This document shows positions 1 to 12,900 of a DNA stretch of 64,000 nt, in pieces (position 1 is the stretch's first letter; each line of letters starts with the position of its first letter). The DNA comes from Narcine bancroftii (Eukaryota): contig NC_091469.1 of the NCBI RefSeq assembly GCF_036971445.1, positions 212,722,001-212,786,000 on the forward strand. The letters run 5' to 3'. The notes beneath the pieces were generated by a model that saw only the letters and a list, made by a program, of their open reading frames with translations, had not been told where the DNA came from and did not search any database. A program made the position numbers and the translations under genes.

Positions 1-4
1 CCAG

Positions 5-313
5 ATACCCACCTCTCGGTCACTTTAAGGAAACCTTCTTTCCATGAGATCTGGACGAACAGGACGGCGACCATTCTGTGTGAGGTGGTCCGTGGTAATT
101 TAGACGGATTCAGGGTAACCTGGCAGGTGCACGGAAGTAAGAGAGAAGACGGGGTGAGAACTCAAGGACCAATCAGAGACGGAGATGAAGACACAATCAT
201 CAGCAGGCTGGTGGTCCCCGCAACAGAGTGGGAGATTGGGACGGAGTACTTGTGCATTGTGGAGGACAAGAGTTTGCCAACACCAGAGAAGAGGTCCATT
301 AAGAAGGCCACAG
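5..313 (+). CDS. IgW: Ig heavy-chain constant exon (IgW-type, penultimate C domain of the long secreted form), cluster 1
   Basis: AG at 3-4, GT at 314, phase 1/1. Translates (D)THLSVTLRKPSFHEIWTNRTATILCEVV...VTW...EWEIGTEYLCIVEDKSLPTPEKRSIKKAT, with the C1-set Cys/Trp/Cys. Confidence 0.9.
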
Positions 314-1748
314 GTACGTGAAGAGAGAGTTCAGTGTGAGTCTGATCGTAGCAAGTAGAGGAATGATAATGGTAATAAGGTTTTGTCATCGCCAATGTAC
401 ATTGTACAGAGGCAAGGCAGATGTCACCATCCAGCAGTGGTGGACTCGGGGGGGGGGGGGGGGGGGGGGAATGAGAGCGGGGTAGGCCATTCACCCCTTC
501 ATTCCTGCTTAGACATTCAATATGATCACAGCAGATCATTCATACTGCGCCCCCTATTCCTGCCTTCTCTCCATGACCCTTGATCCCTTTACCCTTGGAA
601 CTATATCTAGCTCATCCTTAAATATATTTAATCATGGGCTTCAACTGCTCTCTGTGGCAGAGAATTCCCCAGGTTTGCTGTTCTCCTGGTGAAGACATTT
701 TCACTCTTACACCATCTTCAGCATGCCACACTGTTCCTGGATTCTGCCATCTTCAGGAACATTCTTCTAGCTTCAAGTCTGTCCAGTCTTGTTCGGAATG
801 TTGCTGCTTCCATGAGACTCTCCACATTCGTCTTTGCCCTGTTAAAGGTCTTATGTTGGTCAGAGAATATTAGCCTCCAGGGAAGGGTTCTCCAACATGG
901 TTAATATCAACCCCTGGGGCATGAAGGGACTATCCAAGGAGTTGATAAATGCCTGGGGATCAAAAGGGGGTTGATAAACACTGGGGGGAGGGGTCAATTG
1001 AACTTTGGGGTCAAAAGCAGGGGCATGTCTACATAAAATATCACGAGAGTGGTACCCATGCTGTAATTGGCTTTGGCAACTTAATAGGTAGTGAGTGAAG
1101 GGGGGATGGGGAAGGGTGGACAGAGTGGAGAAGAAAGAGGTCTACATCAGTGCTGCCACTACCCCTCCCCCGGTCAGAACTGCCTGGATCAAGGATTCCA
1201 TGTAGAGGATGATGGTCTAAAAGGTTTGGGGTCCCTGCTCAGTAAAATCCCAAATCACCATAGAGGCCTCACCCAAGACCACACTAGTTCCTGTGGGGTT
1301 GGTTCCTGTGATGGTGTTGAGGGAGAAGGATCTGCAGCTTTCAAACCGTGAGGGACACACTGAGTCAAGGCAGTGAGTGGAAGGGCAGGGAGGCTGAGGC
1401 ACAGAATGAAGTTTAGAAGATCATTTAATCAAAGGGGGAGATGAACAAACAGCACAGGATGGGGCAAGTCCAGGGTCCAACCCAACTTCTGGGTGTCTGT
1501 GTGATCAATGGCTCCCAGTGAATAAAGTGAACAGATAAACCTCTCTGGAAGCTCCAAAATGTATCTGATTCAAGATTTCCTCCCTGCACATCCCCACAAC
1601 GAGCAGAAATGGAAAAGGCTTTAGTGTCAGGTAAAGTGAAATCCCTCGAGGTGTAGAAGTTGCCCATGTTGGTTTGAAACCGTACTGCGTGGGTTAAGCA
1701 CAGAACTATTGAAAGATGCAGTCTAACTGAGGTTCTCTTTGTTTCTAG

Positions 1749-2140
1749 GTGGAGTTGTGACTTCTCCTCACATCTATCTCCTCCCCCCTTCATCAGATGA
1801 GTTCGAGGCAGATCAGTCTGCGACCCTGATGTGCCTGGTCAACAAGTTCTCTCCTGCAGACATCTATGTGGCCTGGATGGCCAACGACACTCTTCTGAAG
1901 ACTGGATACGTGAACCATCCAGTGACCGAGGACACCAGGAGGGACTGGAACACCATGACTAGTCAGTTGAAGATTTCTCTAGAGGAGTGGAATCGCGGCA
2001 CCACTTTCTCCTGCGTGGTGGGACATGAGTCACTCACAACGAATCTGTTCAGAAGCATCAATAAATCTCACGGCAAACCCAGCCTGGTCAATCTCTCACT
2101 TGTTCTCACAGATAGTTTTACATCTTGTGGGTCTTATTAG
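1749..2140 (+). CDS. IgW: Terminal Ig constant exon with contiguous secretory tailpiece (…SHGKPSLVNLSLVLTDSFTSCGSY*)
   Basis: Acceptor tttgtttctag at 1748. C1-set domain (LMCLV…VAW…FSCVVGHE). Tailpiece has an N-glycan sequon (NLS) and a C-terminal Cys, typical of chondrichthyan secretory tails. Stop at 2138-2140. Confidence 0.93.
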
Positions 2141-2215
2141 TTTTATGATCATTAACTGTCCGAGAAGATCATTTAATTTTCTGTCATGATTAAAATCTGG
2201 ACCTTAACAAATGAG

Positions 2216-2221
2216 AATAAA
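2216..2221 (+). terminator. Poly(A) signal for the secreted-form mRNA
   Basis: AATAAA 76 nt after the tailpiece stop; further AATAAA at 2411 and 2498. Confidence 0.65.
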
Positions 2222-3699
2222 ATGGGACTCAAGAATTACATTAGCCACAAACAGAATTCATCACAAATTTCACACAAGATAAAAGAACAGGAGGCCATTT
2301 GGCCCATTGAGTCTACAATTCCACCCTGAACTAAACTGTTCTCACATCTAGTTCCAAGTTTCGGCCTTTTCCCCATATCCCTTGATACCCTGACTAATTA
2401 GATACCGATCAATAAACTCCCCCAATGATCACACCTCCTTTCTGAGGTCTCAAGATGTGTCATATCAATGGATGTGTTCATGTACCAATCAAAGTTCAAT
2501 AAATGTAATGTGAAAATATTATCATTGTGAGTGTCCTTTACTGGTATGCTGTGTGAGGCAGTAAATGTGGGATGTGCGTGTGGAAGATGATAAACACTTC
2601 GGGAGGAGAAATTGGTGTCTTTGGATCGATGATGTAAAACACCTTCCAACAGTGGATGTCCTTGCACCTTGCCTGGACCTGTCATAGACGAATGATCAAG
2701 GATGGATTGTGATCAATAGTCAACAACTCTCTTATCATTGTGTCAAGTATCTGTCAGGGTGACAGAAGGAAAACTGGACTTTCCCAGTCCAATTGTCAAA
2801 AAGTGCTCATGTAACCTATCAAATATGGCCGGATCTTCTGTGTTTAACTGTTAGTTGTGTGATAAATATTGGCTCTGGGCTGTGGCAAGATCTTTCCTTT
2901 TCTTTTTTCAGTAGCATCATTTGATTATTGAGATCTATCTGAGAATCATCTATTCAAAGCCTCATTCTATCAGCACCACTTCCAGTGGTTGATCTTTCCC
3001 TCTGGACTGTTGGCTTTCATTCCAGGCTTAATGCTCCAGAGAAGAGTTGGAATCCATCATTTTCTAACCAAGACGTTCCATAGCTAACCACTGAGCCACA
3101 CGTGATATCTGTGTCCAACAAGGGGCAATCATTGTTTGAGGAGTCCTTGGCTGCTGCTTACCACGTGTGAACATGTGAAGTTGAATAGAGGGTGACCTCA
3201 ATGTTGGGAACAGTTCCATTCCAAGGGCACAGTTAAGCTAACTATAAGGAAGAAAATCAGCCCTAGATGTGGTAGACGCTAAATCGTGAGATATATGTAA
3301 GGTGGAAATGTTAAATATTTAAAGATCAAGGATTGATGGCTTTGGGAAGTTGAGGCCAAAGTAGACCAACCATGATCAGATTGGCTGTCTGGGCAGACAT
3401 GAAGTGCTTGGTGGTCTACTCTTGCTCCTGTTTCCTATTGTTCTTGTGAGATCAATGGAGATGCAGACAGAGAGAATTGCAAACAGAAACAAAAGTCGAA
3501 GTGGAAAGGAAATCAACTGAAGAGAGAAATAGCGTGCGAAGGAATCAAAGAGGGAAAATAGAACGTGAGGGTAAAACAGGGAGACACACAAACAAAGAAA
3601 GGGAGAGAGTGAGGACTTCCAACGATTCATTGGCTTCTGTCCCACTCCATGAGACCTCACTCCTCACTGTTCTCCAGCACTAATCTTGCATAGATGACA

Positions 3700-4295
3700 T
3701 CATACCTTATGAACGCGGACAGGCCATCTCGGCCCCTCTAGTCCGCACTGATTTAAGTGACCTCTAGTCCCATCTACCTGCTCCTTGTCAATAACCCTCC
3801 AATCCCCTCACATCCATGCACTGATCCAACCTTCTCTCAAATGACAAAATTTACCCTGCTGCAACCACCTCTTCCGGAAGGTCATTGCACTCAGCCATCA
3901 CTCTCTGAGTGAAGAAGTTCCCTCTCATGTTTCTTTTAAACTTTTTCCCCCTCACCCTTAACTTACGACCCCTCATTCCAATCTCACCTACCCTCAAGTG
4001 GAAGGGCCTATTCACATCTACTCTATCTATCCCCCTCATAATTTTAAATATCCTATCAAATCCCCCATCAACCTTCTACGTTCCAATGAATAAAGACCCA
4101 GTCTTCTCAATATTTCTTTGTATTCTAGATACTGCAATCTAGGCAACATTTTAGTAAATCTTCTCTGCGCCATCTCTACCTTATTGATATCCTTCCTATA
4201 ATTTGGGGACTAGAACCGCACACAGTATTCCAAATTTGACCTCACCAATGCCTTGAACAGTCTCAACATCACCTCCCAGCTGCTATATTCTATGC
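3700..4295 (-). mobile_element. CR1 LINE 3' fragment
   Basis: Minus-strand ORF …GRKLRVRGKKFKRNMRGNFFTQRV…LPEEVV is the typical CR1 ORF2 C-terminus. Boundaries approximate. Confidence 0.75.
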
Positions 4296-5169
4296 TTTAT
4301 CAAAGAGGCAATTAAATATTTGAGACAGGACTTTATTGATAGGAGCTCTCTGAGGCATTTGTGAATGTTTCTCATAAGAGACAGTTTGTCACAGTTGCAG
4401 CTCATAGAATTGAACACAAATTATTGACCTGATTATGAGACTGGCAGAATGACAGGAAACTGAAGATACAATGGGTGGGAACTGAACTCAGCAGGATATG
4501 ATGATGTGCGGCATCCTGTAATGACCTCAGTGGCTGCCATAACCATTCGTGGAAAATATTCATGACATAGATGAAAGTATATAAAGGCATTTGGGTTTCC
4601 AACAACAGAAGACGAGAGCATTGTAAGCCACGTGGCAGCAAAGTTTAAAGTGGAGAGAGGACAATGGATGAAGTGATGGGGACAATGACAGGAAAGTGCA
4701 ATAATTGGGCAAAGTTGAGGGGTTGGGAAACTTTCTCCATTCCTATTTTCTTGTATTCACATAACCTGCAGGTGATCTTTTCCCTCGAAGTGCCTACAGA
4801 CCTAAGATGAATACTGTGGGATATGTGGAGCTTCCATTGTCCAGATGCAGGGAAGGATGGTGAAATTGCCCTGCATCTTAATATTCAAGTCTTCTTCCAG
4901 ATAGAACCCTTCATGTTTTTATGTGTATGATGTAAGGCAACTTCCCTCTATTGGATCAATCTTAATTGACGTTCCGGGATGGTGCTGTACATCCCTGTAA
5001 ATATTCGAAAGGGAAGAGCGAAATGAACTGATTGGTATTGAACATACATGATTGATCGATTCAGGTGCCTTACCATTCGGCATGGGTGATCACGTCTCTC
5101 CATCGATCACGGTTTCTGACCATCATATTGAACATATATAAGGGTGCCATTTTATTGCAAACTCTTTAA

Positions 5170-5402
5170 ATTTAAACATACAGTGCGGTAACTTCTGGCC
5201 CAAGAGTCCCTGCGTCCCAAATACACCAATTAACCAACAACCCCATGTACATTTTTGAAGGGTGGGAGGACACCAGAGCACCCAGAGGAAATCCCTGCAG
5301 ACACAGGGAGAACGTATAAACTCATGACATACAGTGCCCGATTTGAACCCGGGTCACTGGTGCTGTAACAGCGTTGCACTAACCGCTATGCTGACCGTGC
5401 CA
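5170..5402 (-). mobile_element. tRNA-derived SINE (related copies near 6975-7160, 17190-17430, 40630-40860, 41470-41640, 48545-48822, 62120-62330)
   Basis: Dispersed ~230-bp repeat with a tRNA-like head (B-box-like GGTTCAAAT/GGTTCGAAA on the element strand) and the shared body gcagacacagggagaacgtacaaactcc. Confidence 0.7.
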
Positions 5403-5535
5403 CAGAGCAGATATAAATTCAGCCCGCAGCATCCACTAGCACCCTAACGTAACAGGGGTGGAGCAATCCTCCATTCACACTCTCCCTATCCCTTGCCCAT
5501 TTATTTGTGAACACTGCTGGTTCACTGTCACTCAG

Positions 5536-5636
5536 ATCACTGACCTACTGCAGGACCAGATCGCTTTTCTGGTCTGACTCCTGTTGAGGACAGGAAGCCC
5601 TCAACCTCATCTAGAGCCTGTTGGGGGAGGACATAA
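5536..5636 (+). other. Candidate stand-alone secretory tail exon (possibly inactivated)
   Basis: Acceptor ttcactgtcactcag. Phase-1 reading gives (D)H*PTAGPDRFSGLTPVEDRKPSTSSRACWGRT*. A second in-frame AG at 5552-5553 bypasses the TGA. AGTAAA at 5737. Confidence 0.3.
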
Positions 5637-7764
5637 TGCAGGTGGACAAACCTGAACCTGAGGCAGATTGGTGAGACTGAACACGGATCCAACTGGTGCC
5701 CTTTCTCGTCCTGTGCTTTTAGTTGAAACATTTTGCAGTAAAAATATCAACCGTGATATTTTCATTCCAACCGCTGAATTCAGTCAAATGCAGAAATGTA
5801 TATAATTGCTGAATTTGAAAAGTGTTTGTTTAAATTCTGCCAAAAGATTAATATAATTAGCCATTGGGATAGTATCAGCATTCTCCAACAATAAGGGAGA
5901 TTGGCCCAACCCTGCCAGGCTTTCTGACGATGACTTCTCACCTGGGGCCACTGGACAATGAGACTGTGTCACGAATGCAGGATGGGGCTGAACACCTTGC
6001 AATTCTTAATGTCAGGTGCCAAATTCACAAATCAGTGGCCAAACTCTGACCAATCTGAAATTAGAGTCACTAACAGTCCTCTATTTCTACAATGAACTTT
6101 GAAAGAAATTAGCTTCGAACTTGCTCAGGGTGAAATAGAAGGAAACAAAGAACAGTGCTTCTTTAGTGCTGTAGAAAAGGTTCTGAGAAGCAGCTCCTCT
6201 GTACTGAACATAAGGTCACGCAGCCAAACATCCTTTCCCCACCAGTCTTGAAGAGCGATTTTAATCAATGTAGACCAGAGTGTGTGTGTGTGGACGGTGT
6301 ACAGAAAGCCATGAGCTGAGGGATATCGGAAGTGATGATGGAGCTTTGGTGGGCAATTGCCAATTTCACAATGCAGAACATGTTCAATAACTATCAGTCC
6401 TTCTCTCCTCATCCAATGAGTCAAGAATGAAATTGAGGGAATATTTCTCTCTGCAGAAATAATAACCAGTCAGAGACCTTTGCCACGATTCTGCATTGCC
6501 CATGCAACTAATCCCTTTTCCATGCCTGATGGTCATCAATTAGCTCCTTCAAATAGCCCATGAAATATCAGATGCCTGCAAGTAGGGAACGGTAGTCGAC
6601 ATAGACTGACTACACCTGGGCAGGATAGGGAGCCACATTTGCTCCTTTTGTTGGGGAGGGTTTCAGATTTAAGCTCACGTGGAAGGGGGTGGGAATCCAG
6701 GCACAGAGACAGAGGGAAGCAATGCAGAGACCAAAGCAAAAGTAAGAAAAAAGTAAGAGAGGAGTGCAGAAAAGTCAAATGTAAGTGAGACAAAGATTAT
6801 GGAGCCTGAATGGACAATGAGTATAAGGGTACTTTACCTGAATGCCCGTCGTATTAAGAAGAATCAGTGAATTTGTGGCACAAATCAGTACAAAATCATG
6901 ATTTAGTCTCCAGTCTGCGTCTTTTTGTGGTGTGGTCATGAATCATCATCTAGTGGCTGATTTAAATTTCAAATTTTAATTTAGACATACAGCGCGGTAA
7001 CAGACCCTTTTGACCCACGAGCTGTGCTGCCCAACTACTCCCAATAGGCCTACAACCCTCTGTACAATTTTTTAACTGTGGGAGGAAAACGGAGCCTGTG
7101 GTGAAAAATCCAGGTGGACGCAGAGAGAACATGTAAATTCCTTATAGACTGCACGGGCACTGCCAAGTTCAGGGAGCAAGTCCGCAAGGAACAGTTCACA
7201 AAATGTTGCCGTTCGCACGCGCCATGGAGAATTGTAATGTTCAGAGGGTTATTGGTGAAACATACAGAGATGGTAAGAGGCAGGGCCGCAGGAGATCTGA
7301 ATGTCGGCACTAGAGTGTTCACACCGGAAGTGTCCCAGGTTCAGTCTGAACAGAGAGTAGAGGCCTCACTGATTCAGGAAGCCCAATGTCATCTGCAGGC
7401 CTACACAGGCACTGAGACAACAGGAATTGGTGTAATGTTTCCTCTGGTCACAAACTGCATCTTTCACTGCATTTTATCTCCTGGACATTGCACTTATTGA
7501 CATAAGGGCAGCTAAATCTCACTCAGCTTGCAACAATCTTACAGACCCTATATAACCTGACTGGTTCTCAGGCATGTGAGTTCCTGGTGTTTAATTTTAT
7601 TTTCTCAGTCAGGTCAGTCAACAGAGATGAGCAACTCACCAGTTGAACAGCCCTGAACTCATTCTAATGCACAGTTTACTGCAGATTGAGTCTGGGCCGA
7701 AGTTGAGAAGCCAGCTGACACCAGATATGGTCCAGTTTGTAAGTTCTCTATTTCTTATCTGCAG

Positions 7765-8067
7765 AATTATACGTCTTTTTACAAAATCCACCCACTGAAG
7801 AGATTTGGATCAACAAGACCACTATTCTGGTTTGCCTGGTTGTGGGTGCTGATCTGAGCCAGGTCCAAATCTACTGGCTGGTGAGCGGAAGAGAGAGAAT
7901 GAAAGGAAATGTGACCCAACAACCGAGAGAGGAAGGATCACAAAGCACAGTGATCAGCCGATTTCAGACCAGTGTGGAGGAGTGGTACAGTGGGGCCGTG
8001 TACACTTGTTCCGCCCAAGGATCTTCCTCATCCTTGCCAGTGTCAGCACAGACACAGAGTACCAAAG
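7765..8067 (+). CDS. IgW: Ig constant exon downstream of the secretory exon (IgW C3/C5-type domain)
   Basis: Acceptor tttcttatctgcag, donor G|GTGGGC, phase 1/1. (E)LYVFLQNPPTEEIWINKTTILVCLVV…IYW…EEWYSGAVYTCSA; intact. Confidence 0.9.
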
Positions 8068-8155
8068 GTGGGCAAAAGGTCAGCAATTCGATGGACAACA
8101 TCTGTGACCTTGAGTAAAAATGTTTACCTCTCCTTTCTTTGCTCGTCTGTTCCAG

Positions 8156-8473
8156 TCGAGATAAAAGGGCCTGAGGTCCGACTGCTGGCGCAACCACATG
8201 AAGACACCAAGAGTAGGAACACGGCCACCCTGGAGTGTGTGGTCTTTGGATTCTACCCAGACCTCATCGATGTCACCTGGGAGAAAGACAGCTCCCTGAT
8301 CTCCTCCGACACCCATACTACAAGGACTGCTCTGGAGCAGGCGGGCACTTTCACTGCCAGGCACTTCCTGACTGTGAGGACAGAGGAGTGGAAGAAAGGC
8401 TCAGTCTTCAGCTGTACAGTGTCTCATCCCCCCTCCAACACCAGTATCAGCCGGGAGGTGAAAAACATGCAAG
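8156..8473 (+). CDS. IgW: Ig constant exon (IgW C4/C6-type domain), last C exon before TM
   Basis: Follows an 88-bp intron; acceptor …ctgttccag, donor G|GTATGG. VEIKGPEVRLL…ATLECVVFGFYPDLIDVTW…EEWKKGSVFSCTVSHPPS; intact. Confidence 0.92.
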
Positions 8474-9942
8474 GTATGGACCTGGGATTCACTCCAATCT
8501 TGACAAGCTTTGCCCATGCCACAAACTGGGGCCAAGTTAGTTCACTGAAAGATCGGTGTGGCATTGTTCTGCTTGTGTGAGTGAGCTGATAACCTCAATG
8601 CATAGAGCAGCAACAATTGTATTCACTGATGTAATTTCACATAGAAACATAGAAAACCTACAGCACAAAGTTGTGCTGAACATGTCCCTACCGTAGAAAT
8701 TACTAGGCTCATCCATATCCCTCTATTTTCCTAAGCTTCACATAACCTATCCAAAAGGACCCTAATGTATCCACCTCCACCACATCTTCCCGAACACCAC
8801 AAGGCTGCCCTGCTTGATCAAGCTCAAAAGCCTTTGGAGAATGGTTTCAACGCACAATCTGATGGGACAGTACAGGGTTTTAAACTAGAATGCAACAACG
8901 GGAAACAAGTTGCCGCTACCAGTCCAAGTGATGGTGAAACTGTGAAAGGAAGATAAAATTAACAGGTTCATTGATGTCCTTTTGTAAAGGACAGCTGCCT
9001 TTTACACTCTTTCCCCTTATCCTTCAATCACACACAAATTCCCCCGTGTCTCTGATAGGCCTGGCAAGTCAGTCAGTGGAGCAGAGCAAGGAATGCCGGC
9101 CTTGTCAGTGACAGTCTCAGGATGACAATAATGGGAAGAACAAGGTCTGGATGCCAGCATGTTAGAAACTTTGAGCGAGCCTGCCTGTCACTAGAACGGC
9201 AGGAAGAAGATGGTGACCACTTTGTGTGAGCTGCCTCTCAGTGATTTTGAGCGGTTCAGCGTAACCTGGGAGATGGATGTAAAGTGCAGGTGAAAACTCA
9301 GGGCTCAAGAGAAATAGGGACAAAGATGTCTTCAGCTGACTCACAGTCCACTGCAGTTTGGGGAGGCGGGCTCAGTACTTGTATTTTTTTAATAAATTCA
9401 AATAAAAAAGAATTCACTAAAAATCATAATGATAAAAACAAAGTAGTTGAATTATCATAATGAGTGTCAACTGGGATTCTGGCATCTAACAATTCAGGCA
9501 AATCAAATTCATGCACAGCACCATCTTGCCATTCCAGGAGCTGGCTCATCATCGGCCAGTGGATAAGAAGTGACTCAAAGAGTCGCTCCATGCTATCAGT
9601 TGTAGATCGTGTAGGAGCAGCTTCCAGAACTGCAGTTACCGTCCCAACTCTGTTACCCTCCCAAGTAGTCATTGAGCTCCAAGATGTTCATCAGGCTCTG
9701 TCTTCAGAATTCCAAGTTTCCATGGTGCTTGAGTAGCTGTACTGTTGTAAATGCTAACCTGCTTCTAGGAAGTACCTCCAGGGACGCCTGGAATATGACA
9801 GATGGATTGCAAGTTGAAACAACAGAGGACAAATTCCTATCTTTTGTAATACCTGCTCCGTCAGGCGTAGAATGCTTACCCTGTTTTGGCAGAAGATACT
9901 GTGTTTCATTCACCAATGAGTGGGAACAGTGACTAGGTCAAA

Positions 9943-12900
9943 AGCCCCTTTCACATTGGCAAACTGCTGAATTGGCAAGTGAATGAACTGTTTTGAAATA
10001 CAGATAGGGCCATTTACACTGGACCAAGGAAAAGCGTTTCTGTGAGCCCTTTCGCATTACCTAGCACAGAGCAAAGAGGCATCTATCTCCAGTGATGTTG
10101 TCCTGACTGACACATTGAGCGATGGCAGACCTGCCCTCCTAGAATTCTGTGCGGCAAAGAAACCCTCACCAGTGTTCTGTGCATACAGGCCTTTCATTAT
10201 GCCAAGGCACACTGGGACAAGGGAGCATTAAAGGAAAATGCGACTAGTTCCTTGCGGTCCCGAAGTCTCTCTCACTCTCTATCTCTCTCTTTCTCTCCCT
10301 TTTTAAAATTTTAAAAAAATTTTTCACACTATGAACCACATTAATCAAATTAACACAAACATTTCCCTCTTGAAAAGACACAGTCATTTTCTCCCTTTTT
10401 CCCCCCCATCCCTTCCCTCCCTCCCTCTCAACCCCCTCCAAACCCATTAAACGTTCATCATATACAATGCAATAAACCCATTAAACAATGTCATCACGCA
10501 ATGAAAATAAACAAGAAAATTGTGTCATCTACTTTTACACACTGGGTCAGTTCATTTCATCTTCTTCTCATTTTATCATTTTAGGGGGTGGAGGTCCAAG
10601 GCAAGCCCTCTCTGTTGTGTTCCATGTACGGTTCCCAAATTTGTTCAAATAATGTGACTTTATTTTTTTAATTATATGTTATTTTTTCCAATGGAATATA
10701 TTTATTCATTTCCATGTACCATTGCTGTACTCTCAGGCTCTCTTCTGATTTCCAAGTTGACATTATACATTTTTTTGCTACAGCTAAGGCTATCATAATA
10801 AATCTTTTTTGTGCTTCATCCAGTTTGAGGCCTAATTCTTTACTTATATTACTTAGAAGAAAGATCTCTCGATTTTTTGGTATGTTGCTTTTTGTGATTT
10901 TATTTAATATCTGATTTAGATTTTCCAAAAACTTTTCCACTTTCTCACATGCCCAAATTGCATGTACTGTTGTTCCCGTTTCCTTCTTACAGCAAAAACA
11001 TCTATCTGATACTGTTGGATCCCATTTATTTAATTTTTGGGCCTTGATATATAGCCTGTGTAACCAATTATATTGTATCATGCGTAACCTCATATTTATT
11101 ATATTTCTCATAGTTCCAGAGCATAGCTATTCCCATATTTAATTTTTTATCTTTATATTTAGATCTTGTTCCCACTTTTGTTTGGTTTATAGTTTATTTC
11201 ATCATTTTCTTTCTCTTGCAGCTTGATGTACATGTTTGTTATAAATCTTTTAATTATCATTGTGTCTGTAATCACATATTCAAAGCTGCTTCCTTCTGGT
11301 AGTCTCAGTCTGCTTCCTAATTTGTCCTTTAAGTAAGTTTTCAGTTGGCATGCAAACATTGTACCATGAGTTATTCCATATTTGTACTTCATTTGTTCAA
11401 ATGATAATAAATTATTTCCCAAAAAACAATTTTCTATACTTTTAATTCCTTTTCTCTCCCATTCTCTAAAGGAAAGGTTATCTATTGTGAAAGGGATTAG
11501 TTGATGTTGAGTCAATAATAATTTTGGTAGTAGATAATTTGTTTTTTTCCTTTCTACATGAATCTTCTTCCAAATGTTGAGCAGATGGTGCAATACTGGT
11601 GAACTTCTATATTGCACCAGTTTTTCATCCACTTATAAAGTATATGTTCTGGTACCTTCTCCCCTATTTTATCTAGCTCTGTCTTGGTCCAATCTGGTTT
11701 TTCCCTTGTTTGATAAAAATCTGATGGATATCTTAATTGTGCTGCTCTATAATAATTTTTAAAGTTTGGTAGCTGCAAACCACCTTGATTGTACCATTCT
11801 GTTCATTTATCGAGTCCTATCCTTGGTTTCCCCCCTTTCCATAAGAATTTCCTTATTATTCTTTTTAGTTCATTGAAGAATTTCTCTGTTAAGGGAATTA
11901 GAAAGGATTGAAATAGGTATTGTATCCTTGGGAAGATATTCATTTTAATCCAATTTACCCTTCCTCTCAGTGTTAGTGGTAAATCTTTCCAATATTCTAA
12001 GTCATCTTGTAATTTCTTCATTAATGGCTGATAATTTAATTTGTATAGATGGCCTAGATTATTATCTAGTCTAATACCTAGGTATCGGATTGCTTGTGTT
12101 TGCTATTTAAATGGTGATTCTTTTTTAATCTTTGGTGTAATCCGCATTATTCATTGGCATCGCTTTATTTTTATTTGCGTTGATCTTGTACCCCAATATT
12201 TCTCCATATTCCTTCAATTTCTTATATAATTCTTTTATTGATAATTCTGGTTCTGTTAAGTATTCTATAATGTCATCTGCAAATAGACTGATTTTATATT
12301 CCTTCTCTTTTATTTTTATCCCTTTTATTTTATTTTCTGTCTTTATCAGTTCTGCCAAGGGTTCTATTGCTAAAGTGAACAGTGAGGGAGATAGTGGACA
12401 TCCCTGCCTAGTTGACCTGCTTAATTTAAATTGGTTCGATGTATGTCCATTTACTTTCACCTTGGCTATTGGTCCCTTATATGATGCTTTAATCAAATTA
12501 ATATATTTCTCTGGTAGGTTGAACCTCTGTAGTACTTTGAATAAATAATTCCATTCTACCCTGTCAAAGACTTTCTCTGCGTCTAAAGGAACAGCCACTG
12601 TTGCCGTCTTATTTCCTTGTACTGCATGGATTAAGTTAATGAACTTACAGGCATTGTCCGTTGTTCGTCTTTCCTTAATAAATTCAGTTTGATCTAGTTT
12701 TACTATTTTTGTACACAGTCGGCCAATCTGCTTGCTAATAGTTTTGTTATTATCTTATAATCTGTGTTAAGTAGAGATATTGGTCTATATGATGCTGGTG
12801 TTAGTGGATCTTTCCCCGTCTTTGGTATAACTGTAATTATTTCTGTTTTACATGAGTCTGGCAAGTTTTGTGTTTCTTCTATCTGGTTCATTACTTCCAG

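Noticed and set aside
448-469. Run of ~22 G
   Set aside because: Isolated homopolymer in repeat-like intronic DNA; length unreliable and no supporting context.
5-2140. Assignment of cluster 1 to IgM or IgNAR
   Set aside because: At least four C exons in this arrangement, a KVQQ tail rather than KVK, and an adjacent IgW-type CH1 favour IgW. IgNAR shares homologous C-terminal domains and is not fully excluded without a phylogeny.
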